Below, piece by piece: positions 14,663 to 28,802 of a stretch of DNA of 64,000 nt. Made by a program: the position numbers and the translations under genes. Position 1 is the stretch's first letter. Each line of letters opens with the position of its first letter. Source of the stretch: Eledone cirrhosa (lineage: Eukaryota); NCBI GenBank assembly GCA_964016885.1, contig OZ024748.1, positions 58,776,001 to 58,840,000 of the forward strand, written 5' to 3'. The notes under the pieces were generated by a model. That model was not told the DNA's origin, did not search any database, and worked only from the letters and a program-made list of their open reading frames with translations.

Positions 14663-15442
14663 CTACTAGACTTCCAATTCAGGGTAACAGAGGAAGGCAA
14701 CATCCACACCTGCTTCTATAAAAAAGCCGCCAGCAGGGACCTGTTCGTACATTTCAGATCGGCCCTCCCACTCGGTGCCAAGTTCGGATACATAAGGAAC
14801 GAACTGGCACGTATCCGGAACAAATGCACCGACGCTAGAGACCGAGACACACACACCACGCATTTCCTGGAAGTACTCAAACTGAACGGATACACGACAT
14901 CCACCACAAACCGTGCCAGAAAGAACAGAGGACACCACACCCGAGGCACTAACACTTGCTTCCTGAAGCTCCCACACTTCAGTGAAGAAACAACAACAGC
15001 CATCCGCAGAGCCATCAGACGAGAGAGACTAGATATCCAACTAGCCCACTCAGGTCTTTCTCTACGCGGACAGCTAACCAAAAGACACTCCACCAGACAT
15101 GACAACTGCTGCAGACTAGCCAACTGCCCCATCAACGACACAGACCTATGCCACCAGGCTTACGTCGTATACAGACTAGAGTGTGACAAATGCAACAACT
15201 TCTACGTAGGTAGCACCACCAGACCACTCCACATAAGAATAAAAGAACACCTCAATACTAACGCTTCCTCATTTAAGAAACACCTAGTTAAATGCAAAAA
15301 CACCGACAAAACCATAACAGTTAGGATAGAAACTAAGGAAAGAAACCTCAGCAATCTTAGAATTAAGGAAGCACTAATTATAGGTAAAACACAACCACCA
15401 ATCAATAATAGACTAGAACTCAACACCCAATTTATAACCTGA
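14663..15442 (+). CDS. PLE polyprotein C-terminal fragment: RT thumb, Cys-rich linker, GIY-YIG endonuclease (no start codon; the ORF-track N-terminus is microsatellite)
   Basis: LLDF...FYKK...[10 protein letters not shown]...K resembles the PLE RT C-terminus. CCRLANCP...C linker. [30 protein letters not shown] and KEALII...P.IN are GIY-YIG motifs. About 260 codons without a stop. Confidence 0.88.
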   Translation, partial: LLDFQFRVTEEGNIHTCFYKKAASRDLFVHFRSALPLGAKFGYIRNELARIRNKCTDARDRDTHTTHFLEVLKLNGYTTSTTNRARKNRGHHTRGTNTCFLKLPHFSEETTTAIRRAIRRERLDIQLAHSGLSLRGQLTKRHSTRHDNCCRLANCPINDTDLCHQAYVVYRLECDKCNNFYVGSTTRPLHIRIKEHLNTNASSFKKHLVKCKNTDKTITVRIETKERNLSNLRIKEALIIGKTQPPINNRLELNTQFIT

Positions 15443-15819
15443 TAGGGCTTCTAGCCCCATATTTACACACTCCACACACACTCACGCTTACACCTCCACT
15501 TATTCTCTCTCACACATACACACACAAAACCAGTTCTAACACCAGATAACACCTAACCCCCACATTTACGAATAGACTTATCTTCTCACACTCACACACA
15601 CACACTCACATACTTACACCTTCATGCATTCTCCCACACACTTAAACAGGCATGTATATAAAAAAGAAAACCCCAAACAAACCCCTTTTAAAGGGAGACT
15701 ACTCTTTATCCATCTAATTTTAACTCTTTGACATTAGAGATAGAACAGATACTCTATACTATTTCCTGTGAGCATGGCTTGGCAAGATATTTAGAAGGCT
15801 GGTTTGAGACATTTATTTC

Positions 15820-15854
15820 CCTCTGAAGAAGAGATATTATCTCGAAAATTAAGG
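15820..15854 (+). ncRNA. Minimal type-I hammerhead ribozyme in the PLE 3' region (pLTR)
   Basis: cct-CTGAAGA-a-gagat(att)atctc-GAAA-atTA-agg. Stem I cct/agg, stem II gagat/atctc, loop-less palindromic stem III (AATT). Confidence 0.6.
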
Positions 15855-16162
15855 ACATTTAATTAAATCTAAGGTAAAAGACGATTTGTCAACAATATCT
15901 TTTGCAATTGCATTCTTTTTTCTATGTCCATACCTGCATTGTTTTGGCTTTATTATACATATTCAAACGTTTATACCTCATTACACAATGCTTCAAGTGA
16001 ACTATAACCTCCTCCATATATATATATGTATATATGTATATATGTGTATATGTATATATGTATATATGTGTATATATGTATATATGTGTATATATATATA
16101 TGTGTATATATATATATGTATATATGTGTATATATATATATGTGTATATATATATATATGTG

Positions 16163-16193
<31 letters not shown>

Positions 16194-16212
16194 GTATATA
16201 TATGTATATATG

Positions 16213-16247
<35 letters not shown>

Positions 16248-16353
16248 ATATATATGTATATACAGTATGTATATATATATATATATGTATATATATGTAT
16301 ATATATATGTATATACAGTATGTATAGATATATATATATATATATATATTTAT

Positions 16354-16896
16354 AAACGGAAAAAATGAAACGAAATTTCATTTCCCACTCTTAGTACGGC
16401 TGTTACTTAAATATAAGTATGTACACGTACATACATATATGTATACAGACGTACAGTAGTATGTATATATATATACATGCACACATATATATATACGTAT
16501 GGATTCACCGAACATTTATTATAATGCTCGATGTGTTTGGAAACAAACATCCCATATTAAGCCGTAGTTTCCAGCAACCATCGTTGCTCGTTTGTTCAAC
16601 ACTAACAAAGGAACGCTGTACTAGTTTCAAGCTTATTAGCTATTGTCAGCAACGTATAACTTCCTGCCAGATTGTTGAACGTATATACTTACCTTATGCA
16701 TATTAACAGCTGAGAAGCCCAATTTGCATATCGAGTGGGTTAATCGGTCTTGTACGTCTGTATACATATATGTATGTACGTGTACATATTTATATTTAAG
16801 TAACAGCCGTACTAAGAGTGGGAAATGAAATTTCGTTTCATTTTTTCCGTTTATCGTTTTCGGTGCACCCGGCCGATTAACCCACTCGATATGCAA

Positions 16897-16897
<1 letters not shown>
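16354..16897 (-). mobile_element. Family C hammerhead-bearing element, copy 1, with nested inverted segments
   Basis: 16354-16454 is inverted at 16751-16852; 16722-16747 is inverted at about 16873-16898. TA tracts on both sides. Homologous to 19067-19650 and 39000-39285. Confidence 0.72.
16613..16655 (-). ncRNA. Type-I hammerhead (family C), core mutated
   Basis: Reverse complement: acgttg-CTGACAA-t-agct(aata)agct-t-GAAA-ctag-TA|cagcgt. 6-bp stem I; G8>A change probably inactivating. Confidence 0.65.
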
Positions 16898-18491
<1,594 letters not shown>

Positions 18492-19281
18492 AAGACTTAT
18501 CTATGAATATCCTGTAATGTTTAACTATACATAGAGGAAGGTATAAATGTATCACGAGGGAGATATTGTAAAATGAATGGCCAGTGGTCTACAGTGAGTT
18601 TATGACTTGTAATTCACTTTTACAGTTGTCATTTTTATCCACATCCAACTTTAGTAATTGTATATTTACATGTGTTCCTTAAAAACTGACAATTAAATAT
18701 AAAATTATAGCAATTGCCATTTTCCCTATCAATTCTCAACAGGTATCCATGTGATGGTTTGGGGAGTAGGCAAGTGTCGAAATTATATGACTAACATAAA
18801 ATTCGGGTAAATGGAGAATAGTGTGAAACTTCTATTAAACTGTCAAGAGACAAAAGTTAGGTTTAACTTATTTATTACAAGAAACATTAAAATCTAATAG
18901 CTTAAATAAGAATAGTTTCTTCTCCTAACGTGATTTCTTACGATATAATGCAGGGTGTGAAAATCTAACAGTCCATATAAATGTATAATATATGTTCTTA
19001 TTCAGGTCATCCAAAGAATATGGTTGAAACAATCATCTTACTTTTTGGCCAAAGTAATTTGTCTTCAATATAAGTGTGTATACGTACATACGTATATGTA
19101 TACAGAGGTACAGTAGTATGTATATACATACATACATGCACACACATATATATATATGTACGTATGGGTTTAACTAACATTTATTATAATGCTCGGTTTG
19201 TTTGTAAACAAACAGCCCGAATTATTAGCCGCACAGTGTTCGGCAACCATCGTTGCCCTTTTGTTCAACACTGACAAAGGA

Positions 19282-19324
19282 ACTATGAACTAGTTTCTAG
19301 CTTATTAGCTGTCATCAGCACCGT
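19282..19324 (-). ncRNA. Type-I hammerhead (family C), left arm of palindrome
   Basis: Reverse complement: acggtg-CTGATGA-c-agct(aata)agct-a-GAAA-ctag-TT|catagt. Confidence 0.65.
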
Positions 19325-19494
19325 CTACCTTCCTGTCAGTTGATTGAACGTTTGAAAGTATATATTTTCCTTATGCATATTAACGGCTGAGCAGCCTAAT
19401 TTGCATATCGATATGCAAATTAGGCTGCTGAGCCGTTAATATGCATAAGGAAAATATATACTTTCAAACGTTCAATCAACTGACAGGAAGGTAG

Positions 19495-19537
19495 ACGGTG
19501 CTGATGACAGCTAATAAGCTAGAAACTAGTTCATCGT
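19495..19537 (+). ncRNA. Type-I hammerhead (family C), right arm of palindrome
   Basis: acggtg-CTGATGA-c-agct(aata)agct-a-GAAA-ctag-TT|catcgt. 6-bp stem I, palindromic stem III ACTAGT. Confidence 0.72.
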
Positions 19538-19704
19538 ATATACATACTACTGTACGTCTGTATACATATATGTATGTACGTATACATACTTATATTTAAG
19601 TATCAGCCGTACTATGAGTGAGAAATGAAATTTCATTTTTTTCCATTTAATTTGTCTTCTTTATCATATAAATTGATAGAAATAGAAGCCTAGCTTCTGT
19701 CAAG

Positions 19705-19848
19705 CATTTATTTTCCTTCTCTATACACATTTGAACTTCGTCTCAGTGTCATTTATTTTCCTTCTCTATACACATTTGAACTTCGTCTCAGTGTCATTTA
19801 TTTTCCTTCTCTATACACATTTGAACTTCGTCTCAGTGTCATTTATTT
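19705..19848. repeat. 45-bp tandem repeat, 3 identical units
   Basis: catttattttccttctctatacacatttgaacttcgtctcagtgt at 19705, 19750, 19795. Confidence 0.95.
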
Positions 19849-21089
19849 CGTCCCTTTTAACGTTACTGAATAAATAACATGTGAACAACTTTTATTTTTC
19901 TATTTTGTGTATGTGTGTGTATATGTGTGATGTCCGAACGAGTATCCTCCACCTCCAACTATCTTACTCTTCACCTGTTGGTTCCGGCCGAGAGGATTGG
20001 TAATACATTGCCCTGGAAAACGGTGAGGGAGACGTACTGGAACAGCCGCTCCACCTCACGGGGTTCGCACCTGCGTGAAGCCAACTCCGCTTGATTAAAT
20101 CGACCCCAGTGCATGATTGGTACTTTATTTTATCGACCACATATTATATCCCCATTTCCAGTTGAACACATTTTCCTTCCCTTGTTTAATATTCGTTTCC
20201 TTCACTCGTTTATTAATCAAGAAATCCACACCTAAACTTTACCTAATCCTTTATTCCAGAATAACATTGCTGTTAATTGATTTCTTTCATTTCAAAACAC
20301 TCTGAAACATTTATATTCAACTTATATTGCTTTGTGCAAGAAATACAATAATCTTATACATTTACTTTCCAGCATGGGAGTTTTCTTGTGTGAACAAAGG
20401 TTATTCTCTTGATACTCAGAAATAATAATCAGCCTACATCTATACGAATGCCTATTTTAAACAGATGTTTGTATTAATATATAAATATTTGTTTGTAAGA
20501 TTTAAAGAAACCTAATGTGGATTTAAGACATGTGGATTGACAACAATACGAATGATGTTGATGACAGCATCAACATACGCTATTGTTCTTCCAATGTAAT
20601 AGTAGCCTCAGTAAGCAAGGAATGGGTTCCCAGCATCTAGAGACTCTGATACAAAATTACTTCAATTGTGATATTAATATCTTTTATAAGCTAGAGTTGC
20701 TAACAAGGCTACATATATTGATTGGGGTGTATATAGTAGAATACATCGGCAAAATGTACATAAACCCTGCATGTTGTATTTCACAACGTAGACTTCTACT
20801 AAGCAGAAGTATTATACCTCTGCATATAAAATATCTCCGGGTTTGTGGGCCACATCGTGTCGGGTGATAGTTCTCAAACATGTCATTGATAAAACAATAA
20901 TGTGAAGATAATTTCTATCTCTACCACAATCATTGTAACGGTTTTGATTCTAATCAACTACACAACAAATTTATTGCATAATCTAAATCTCTCGCTCCTT
21001 ATCCATCTGTCTATAAATCTCTTTCCATGTGTATATATATATATATACAATATATTAACAAATGGAAACTATATTTATAAAACTATATT

Positions 21090-21155
21090 TATTTCATTAT
21101 ACATATTTCAAGGGCCACCAAAGCAGATTATGGTGCTCTTTCATCAGATAATATA
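21090..21155 (-). ncRNA. Type-I hammerhead (family D)
   Basis: Reverse complement: tatattat-CTGATGA-aagagcacca...tggtggccctt-GAAA-tatgta-TA|atgaaata. Flank aatggaaactatatttataaaac is shared with 51816. Confidence 0.7.
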
Positions 21156-21264
21156 GATTAGTTTTATAAATAAATATTGACATACCCTGAAAAATGCAAC
21201 CTTCACGGTTGGAGTCTCCCGGATATTTTGCTTGTTGTATCCCAACAAATTAAATATAACCTCT

Positions 21265-21301
<37 letters not shown>

Positions 21302-21305
<4 letters not shown>

Positions 21306-21617
21306 AAAAAGTATGACCCCGACGGCCGAGCTTAAGCCGTTTCGACGGCTATTTCTGGGCTATCGTTATATATATATATATATAACGAAGGTGTGGCAAG
21401 GAACCAGATGGACCATAACGCACCAGAGTACTCAATAGTTATGGTAGTAGAGTGGGTAATAGGAAAAGCTCAAGCCGTTTCGACGGCTATTTCTGGACTA
21501 AATTAGAATTTTTAGCGTGGTAAATAAATACTAATTTAATCCAGAAATAGCCGTCGAAACGGCTTGAGCTCTGCCGTCGAAACGGCTTGAGCTCTGCCGT
21601 CGGGATTAAACTGTTTT

Positions 21618-21620
<3 letters not shown>
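21302..21620. repeat. Modular fold-back repeat family (also 59530-59710, 59926-60022, 63889-64000)
   Basis: Module X gagctcaagccgtttcgacggctatttctgg and module Y ggaaccagatggaccataacgcaccagagtactcaata, in varying orientations, usually abutting (TA)n. Confidence 0.7.
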
Positions 21621-21697
<77 letters not shown>

Positions 21698-22247
21698 CCA
21701 GGGAGTGTAAAGTGCAATTACTGTAGGTTCGCCCAGGTGATCACTCGATATTTAGATTCACGTCTGGAACTAGGTGTAGAGCTAAACAGTGTAAATATAA
21801 TAATACAAGGACGATTTGTTAAGCCTTCATTAGGTTTATTGATTAGTGACATGCGTTTCGCTATTGATCAGCTCAAGGTTCGATCTGTATCGATCTGACC
21901 CGACTCTGGAATCAAAGGCTCGTCGGACCTCTAATGTTGTTATGACAGAATGAACCTCTATATTTAAGAAAAGTAGAGTGTAGATATTATATGGATTTTC
22001 TGCCCTGCTTTTGTGTTTTTATTGTTTCGATAGCAATGTTTTTTCTCATTTACTATCGAAACGGTAAAAAACAAAGATGTTCACTTAAGAAGCACTGGGA
22101 ACTTTTGAATGTGTGCGTCCTAATGCAAATAACCACGAGAATAGTTCATCACTGAAGTTAATATTTGAGAATACCACGTAAAGATGTGCTGCTATATTTG
22201 CTATATTTAATGCTATGATCAAACTAGAAATACTTAAAAACTTATAC

Positions 22248-22410
22248 CAATCATGGGCAAATTGCGACCCGCGAGTCGCATGCGGACCGTTTGGCTTTCT
22301 AGATGGCACGTATAATTTCACCATTGCGATGACTTTTATAGTAGTGTAGCCTCATAATAATGAGCGACATCCTAGGCGGACAACTACTCGAAAAACATTG
22401 CCCATACCTG
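22248..22410. mobile_element. hAT (Charlie-like) MITE
   Basis: Imperfect TIRs caatcatgggcaa / ttgcccatacctg. Perfect 8-bp TSD acttatac at 22240-22247 and 22411-22418. Subterminal gcgacccgcgagtcgcatgcgg. Confidence 0.85.
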
Positions 22411-22934
22411 ACTTATACAGTGGAAAAGAAACTAATATTATTTTAATCAGTTCAGCAAGTACGAGCGACAATTTCGGACGTATTTATACCTTAAGCATTC
22501 CTCATTATAAATGTAATCCTACTTTATTGGATAAATATAATTAATTAATTTCAAACTGATAAAAGCGTGTTACATATTAGAAAGGGAAATAGCAATAAAA
22601 TGTGCATCATGACTTTCTGAAGAATGTGCGTGGTTCATTGGTTAGGGCGTTGGACATACAAATCGTTCGTAAGGAAATGAGTTCGATTCCAGGGGTGAGC
22701 GGTGCACCTACATGGCACGCATACCAAATTGAGTCAGTCTTTGCCTTTTCTTTTCTTCTTGGGCACCAATGACATGGAGACAGGCGTGCATGGAGCACTG
22801 CCGGTCTTTCGCAAAATAACTTGCCATGACTTATGCCTAGGAATATAACTTTCCAGATGTATATCTATGGACAGTCATAATCGGAGAGGATTTTTTTTAA
22901 GCGCCTTTCTAAATATAATTGACAACTTATGTGA

Positions 22935-23560
22935 AGTAGCCCTGTAATTAGTGAGAATCGAAAATATTCCACAAACTGATAAATTGTTAAATATCCGGTA
23001 TTTTAACCCATGCTATACAATGCTTCATTCATCTTATTCAAAATTTTGAAATATAAAAAGGAATTATGTAGCTGTCAATTGTAGAAATGTATTAATACTT
23101 CTCTTTGTTTCTTTTGGCAACAAAGCATATGAATGTGAATCGAAATAAAAGAACAAAATACTACCATTGTCAATTTGACGCACGCAAGAGATTTAAATCT
23201 CAGATATGCTGCCGAGCTGTAAGAAAAACTACGAAAAACAAGAAAGAGAAAATAGTTAAAATTAAAATTATCTACAAAATGAAAAATGCTAATAAATAGA
23301 AACATATAAAATGAAAATACAATTTACACACATGAAATGATTTTCATGAAGGTCAATATGTTAGTGTAAAGAGGAGGGAGGGGCTAAAATAAAGGTTTAA
23401 GGGTGGACATCTTACAGAGAATTGATGACTTAATTTATAGGAACGTTTATGTTCTGTGCGATAGACTTCGTTAATGCCAGTGCGATGTTTAGGTATCTGT
23501 CTACATACACTGATCGTCATTAATCATTTCGTAGAAAGATGTGAGGGGAAATACTTTTCT
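22935..23560. repeat. Interspersed repeat (probable DNA-transposon relic); second copy at about 26700-27090
   Basis: Colinear shared blocks tcaatttgac.c.c.caagagatttaaa, ggacatctta, gatgtttagg..tctgtc.aca. Confidence 0.55.
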
Positions 23561-23783
23561 TGGCAACATTTGCGTGTTTGGTTTCGATTCCTTGTTGTCT
23601 AATTCTTTCACTGGTTTCAGTCATTAGACTTAGGCTATGCTGGAGCACCTCATTGAGTTAGTCGACGATATCCAGAACATATTTTTACACGTCTGCTACA
23701 TATTTGATCGATTTCACTTTCATCAAACCAATACAGACGCAAATATAAACTTTAAGCTGGACACACACGCACACACATATATA

Positions 23784-23891
23784 CAGGGTGTCCCCAAAAA
23801 AGTATACAAACTTCAACAGCATTCTAATAAATATTGCCTGTACAGGGTGTATACATTTGTTTTGTTTTTTTTTTGGGGGGGGGGTATCCTG
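23784..23891. mobile_element. Tc1/mariner-type MITE (~108 bp), copy 1
   Basis: TA|cagggtgtccc...gggtatcctg|TA. Core cattctaataaatattgcctgtacagg is shared with 54838-54946. Confidence 0.75.
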
Positions 23892-24041
23892 TATATGCAA
23901 TCGAAACGGTAAGAGCTCATCAGTCGGGCACAAATTCTTTACAAAACCTACACGCTACTTTCCCATGAAGCGAGTACTTTACTGAACAATCGTCTTACAA
24001 GTCTAAATCGAAAACTGCCTTTCTATCTATCCATGTATGTG

Positions 24042-24093
<52 letters not shown>

Positions 24094-24755
24094 AATAAGT
24101 TGACGGACCCAGCAGTATATATATATATATACATATACAACGAGCGTCTGCACTTTTCGTCAACCAAATTCCATTCACAAGCAACTGGTCAACGGGAGAT
24201 TATAGTAGAAGGCCCAAGTTACCACGCTGTGATATTGAATGATTGAACCCTCACTCACGCGATTGCGAAGCGAACTACTTTACCACACAGCTACTACTTA
24301 ATGTTTACTTCATGTACAAAGCTAAACCCGTTTAGATGATTTCGTATATATTACCGTCAATTTCGTTTGTTCCTTCACTTCTCTTGATCTCTATATTTGT
24401 TTCACTAGTCTATCTAACTTCTCTCCTTTTCTCACATTCATTTTAAATCTACTACATTCCATGTCAACCAGGAAAACCTAAGACGAATTCATTTCCTAAT
24501 AATATATATTTCTCACGTTGATACAACGCCACAATTTTCGTGAGTGAAATATAGACTGTTAAATCGATTATAAATATTTTACTTGTCCATATCTTATCAA
24601 ACACGGAAGGATGAAATAAATCTAAACTAAACTTTGGTTAAATTTGAAAGCAAGACGAAAGTTAAGGTAACTAAATAAGTTTCTTATTCAGCTACGATAA
24701 CAGGAATTTGTTTACAAGTACGATACTATTTGAGCTTACTAGTAATCTTCTCCGA

Positions 24756-25054
24756 CAAAGGTCCTCAAAGTAGGCACTATCACCCCCCGGGAGAGGGGGC
24801 GTTGAGTAGGTCCAGAGGGAACTTCAGATGATATGATAGTATATTAAATATCAAATGGTACATATTGTATATTTATTTATACATAATATATATCATATTA
24901 TTGATTATATATTTATCATATATTACCGATTTTATTTATCATATATATTTACAATTTGCGTGTAGACAGGTCTCTCTGGAAATAGGGGTGGGAGCGCTGG
25001 GGGTATTATGTGACTGTGAGTGGGGTGGTGATCCGAAATGTTTGAGAACCTCTG
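24756..25054. mobile_element. hAT-like MITE (old)
   Basis: TIRs caaaggtcctcaaa / tttgagaacctctg. No clear TSD. Confidence 0.5.
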
Positions 25055-25615
25055 ATATATGTGATTACTCTACTCGACAGAAATAGTTACGAAAACCTTC
25101 AATCATGTGGTTTGAGGGTTTTCCCCACTGCTTAACACATGTATAGTTTAGATGTTGTTGTTTTTCTCTTTCATCGTCCGTATCCAATTTGTCAATAATC
25201 AGTGCCGGGGTAATAAAATAAAGTAAAAACTAAATGTTCGATTCCTAATCACTCATTAACTATTGGTAATAGCTGGTCTATAGGCGTTGAATTGGCAGTC
25301 TTTAAAATGTCGGATAGAATGCTTTGCAATATTCGTTTCGGTTCTCTGCTCTCTGTGTTCAAATCCGATGTCAACTTTGCCTTTCATTCTTTTGAGGTAA
25401 ATAAAAAAAAGGACTAATCAAGTACTAGGGTGGATTCTTTTACTATATAACTTTCTTACGTCCATCCTCTCACTCTCTAGTCTTCTCTTATTCTCTTATC
25501 TCACTCTCTTATCTTTTTCTGGAGGGAATGTGCTGTATTCAGACCTGGTGAGGAGATAGGATCTGTCAGGTTTAAAGAAATGCCTTAGAAATGCTATATA
25601 TCAATACAGCGCCCC

Positions 25616-25707
25616 TGTGACTCTCTAGAGAGTTACAAGACTATATAGACATACAATAGCTGTGACTCTCTAGAGAGTTACAAGACTATATATACATACA
25701 ATAGCTG
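25616..25707. repeat. ~44-bp tandem duplication
   Basis: ctgtgactctctagagagttacaagactatata.acatacaatag twice. Confidence 0.9.
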
Positions 25708-27248
25708 ATATAATGCTCGAGGCATTGAGGGCAAAGTGATTATTGGTATTATGTTAAATCCCTTATATTATGAGTTCGAAAGCTGCAGAGATTCACAAGA
25801 ATCAACGAGAACAATAATATAAGTCGCAGCAGTATATCGAACGTCGATTGAATCAATTTTACCATTCTTCTATATACTCATGGCCCTGAGCCCAATTTCA
25901 AAACCAAAATCAACCAGATAGAGAGAATTACTAGATGAAAATTCACTAAAAAATAATTCATTCCTCCTCTTCACCAGACGGTCACAATTTTAAGGAAAGT
26001 AGTCTCTTACGTTACTGATACTCTTATATGTCTATTACGTATGCTTTTGCGGTCCTGCCCGTGGGGTGCAGCCCCATTATCGCCGCGCCCTAGGCTCAGA
26101 GCCCAATTACCCTCACCCTCCTCATTATTCTGTGATATTGGAGCCCAGACCTTTCCATTCCTTTTCCGTTTTTATAAACCAATATAGACATAAGTTGCAA
26201 GTAAATAAGCTACAATTGTCAATAGTCAATGTGTCAATTTAACTGTAAATGTTAATTTGGACGTGAATTCATAATACGAAAGGTACATATATATATGATT
26301 GTGTCCTTGGCTCTAAAGCATTAGTTACAATGCTGCATTTCTATTGGTGCTAATAGAAATTCTCTCATGAATAGGTTAAATGTTGGGTGTGTCAACGAAA
26401 CATATACATCTACACCAGGTCTGAACACAAAAGGACCAAACTTCCACAGACACTACCCCCGTCTCTCCAGCTCTCCCCATCTCTCACTATTGTGAGCAAA
26501 AGGGGGCCACGTGCTGGCCCGCCAGCGGCCCTGCGGACAGAACAGACCGCTTTATGAATCATTGTTCATATAGGGTATTATGCATTGCACGGCGCTCGCC
26601 ACTTCCAGTTCGAAGTATTGGAATGTAATATCCTCGTGGCTGTCAAATTGAAGGAAGTGATAAAATTCTGAAACGGTGAATATTCAGCAAAGCATAAAAG
26701 ATATTAACTAAAATAAATAGAATATGAATTATTGCTATCAATTTGACACGCACAAGAGATTTAAACATCAGAAATGTAGCCAGGTTATACGATATCAAGG
26801 GAAAGAAGATAAAAAGTGAAGCTAGAAAATGTCCAAAGTGTAACTAATTTTTTTCTAAATCCCAAGAAAAATGAATCAAATCAAATTTAAATTCATGAAG
26901 TGATTTGTTTAAAGTTGGATTTGTGGATGTAAGGAAAAAATGCTTTTAAAGGTGGCGGGGTTGTGTTTTTTTTTTTTACGAGGACATCTTATGCAAAATT
27001 GATAAGACAGTCGATGAAAGTATTGTGTGAATGGCAGGATGATGTTTAGGTGTCTGTCCACAAAATAACTAATCTCAGTTAATTACTTGGTAAAAACGTA
27101 TAGAATCAATACTGCAATTGTTGTGTGTAAGATCCTGGACTAGCGAGTACTGGTTTCGATTCCTGGGTGCAATACATTCATTTCATTCATGTCTCTGGGT
27201 TTTTTGTGTTTTTTGGGGCAAAATATACGAAACTCAGTCTTTCTCTAT

Positions 27249-27394
<146 letters not shown>

Positions 27395-28442
27395 AAGTAT
27401 TTCTGTGGAAAAGGTAGAGGAAAGAAGATATATATAAATAAATAACGTATATATATATTTCTACACAGACACATACATTTGTATATAGCTACGGAGTAAA
27501 TCACTCCTGAGTTATATCGATTACACACAGTAATTAAAAGCTATAAATGTATTTGAGGCGAGAACTGGTTATGTCAATCTAATCGACAACCAATACTTGA
27601 CTACTATTTATTTCCAATCACTGGGTACTTTTTTTTTTTTACAATATGAAAAATACATCAAAATATTAAAAAGCTCCTAGTGCCCGTTATTATATTGATA
27701 TCGATTTTTCTATTGGTGATGACTTAGTTACTGAATTAGTAACTGCCGATCAAAATTCTAACTTTATCAAAGTGTATAATTTAGCTGTGGGGGCGGGGAG
27801 AATGATTAATGTTGCGAAACCATTTGATTACTGCAATATAACGGTTCTCTTATGATGTGAATATCAGATATAATTATATGAAAAACATCAGGAACCTACG
27901 ATGCAACAGCACCAATACAATTATTCCTCAACACAATATTGTTGTATCTAATATCCATGCGCCATTTGCTTTTTTTCTTTACTGTTTGTTTAACCCTTAA
28001 GAGGGGCGCAATGCCCATGTTACTACAGGAGGGGGTTCAAGAGTCACAATATATTACAAACCTGCCAACCTCTAAAAACCCAAACGGAGAGTTCTATGAA
28101 AAAAGTGCCCCAAAACGGGGAGAAATGAGGCAAAATTACGTTTTGTGGCCAAATTCGGCCGAGGTCAATTTTACCCTTCATCCTTCTGGGATCGATAAAT
28201 AAAGTATTAGTAAAGTACTACTAGATTCGAATTAATCGTCTTCTCCTCACCTCAAATTGCAACCCTTTTGCATAAATTAGAATCCGTTATTTTTTTACCT
28301 ATCAACTTTATTTTGTGTTCAATAAATTATTTTTCCCTCAGATCTTGGCGAAATTGTACCACAAAGATATAATCACACAAGTTTCTCATCATAATATATA
28401 ACAAATATTTTGATTTTATAGAAGCTTACTTAGTCGAAATCT

Positions 28443-28802
28443 ATTGAAATTACATCAGATCCACGCATATAGTTATTACTCGTTAAATGCTGTAACAATA
28501 TTAAAATGGAAAATTCTATAATTTCGATGAATTGTATGTATTTTAGAAAACCATTATCGGACTACAGCTAAGCTCAAATATATATTCGTGTAGTGACCCT
28601 ATTTCTCAGCAATACAATTATAATACTGATATTGAAATTACATCAGATCCACGCATATAGTTATTACTTGTTAAATGCTGCAACAACATTAAAATCGAAA
28701 ATGTTTTCTGTAGTTTAGAAAGCCATTATAGTACTACAGCCAAGCTCAAATATATATGCGTGTAGTGCTCCTATTTCTCAGCAATACAATTATATTACTG
28801 AT
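28443..28802. repeat. ~188-bp diverged tandem duplication
   Basis: attgaaattacatcagatccacgcatatag...gcaatacaattata.tactgat at 28443 and 28631. Confidence 0.88.

Larger units (their letters stand above)
14661..16015 (+). mobile_element. Penelope-like retroelement (PLE), 5'-truncated, inserted in a (TA)n tract
   Basis: Complex, GC-richer island between two long TA tracts. Contains the RT-thumb/GIY-YIG ORF, then about 570 nt of 3' region with a hammerhead motif. Confidence 0.9.
19067..19648. mobile_element. Family C element, copy 2, containing a 250-bp palindrome
   Basis: 19285-19534 is a spacer-less palindrome centred at 19409/19410 (one mismatch seen). Outer arms at about 19067-19130 and 19536-19600 are also inverted. 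Confidence 0.75.

Noticed and set aside
15440-15460. TGA read-through (selenocysteine) of the PLE ORF
   Set aside because: TGA is followed at once by TAG, the GIY-YIG domain is already complete, and I saw no SECIS-like fold.
23900-23930. CTGATGA on the minus strand near gaaacggt
   Set aside because: The GAAA is on the opposite strand and no stem II-GAAA follows the core.
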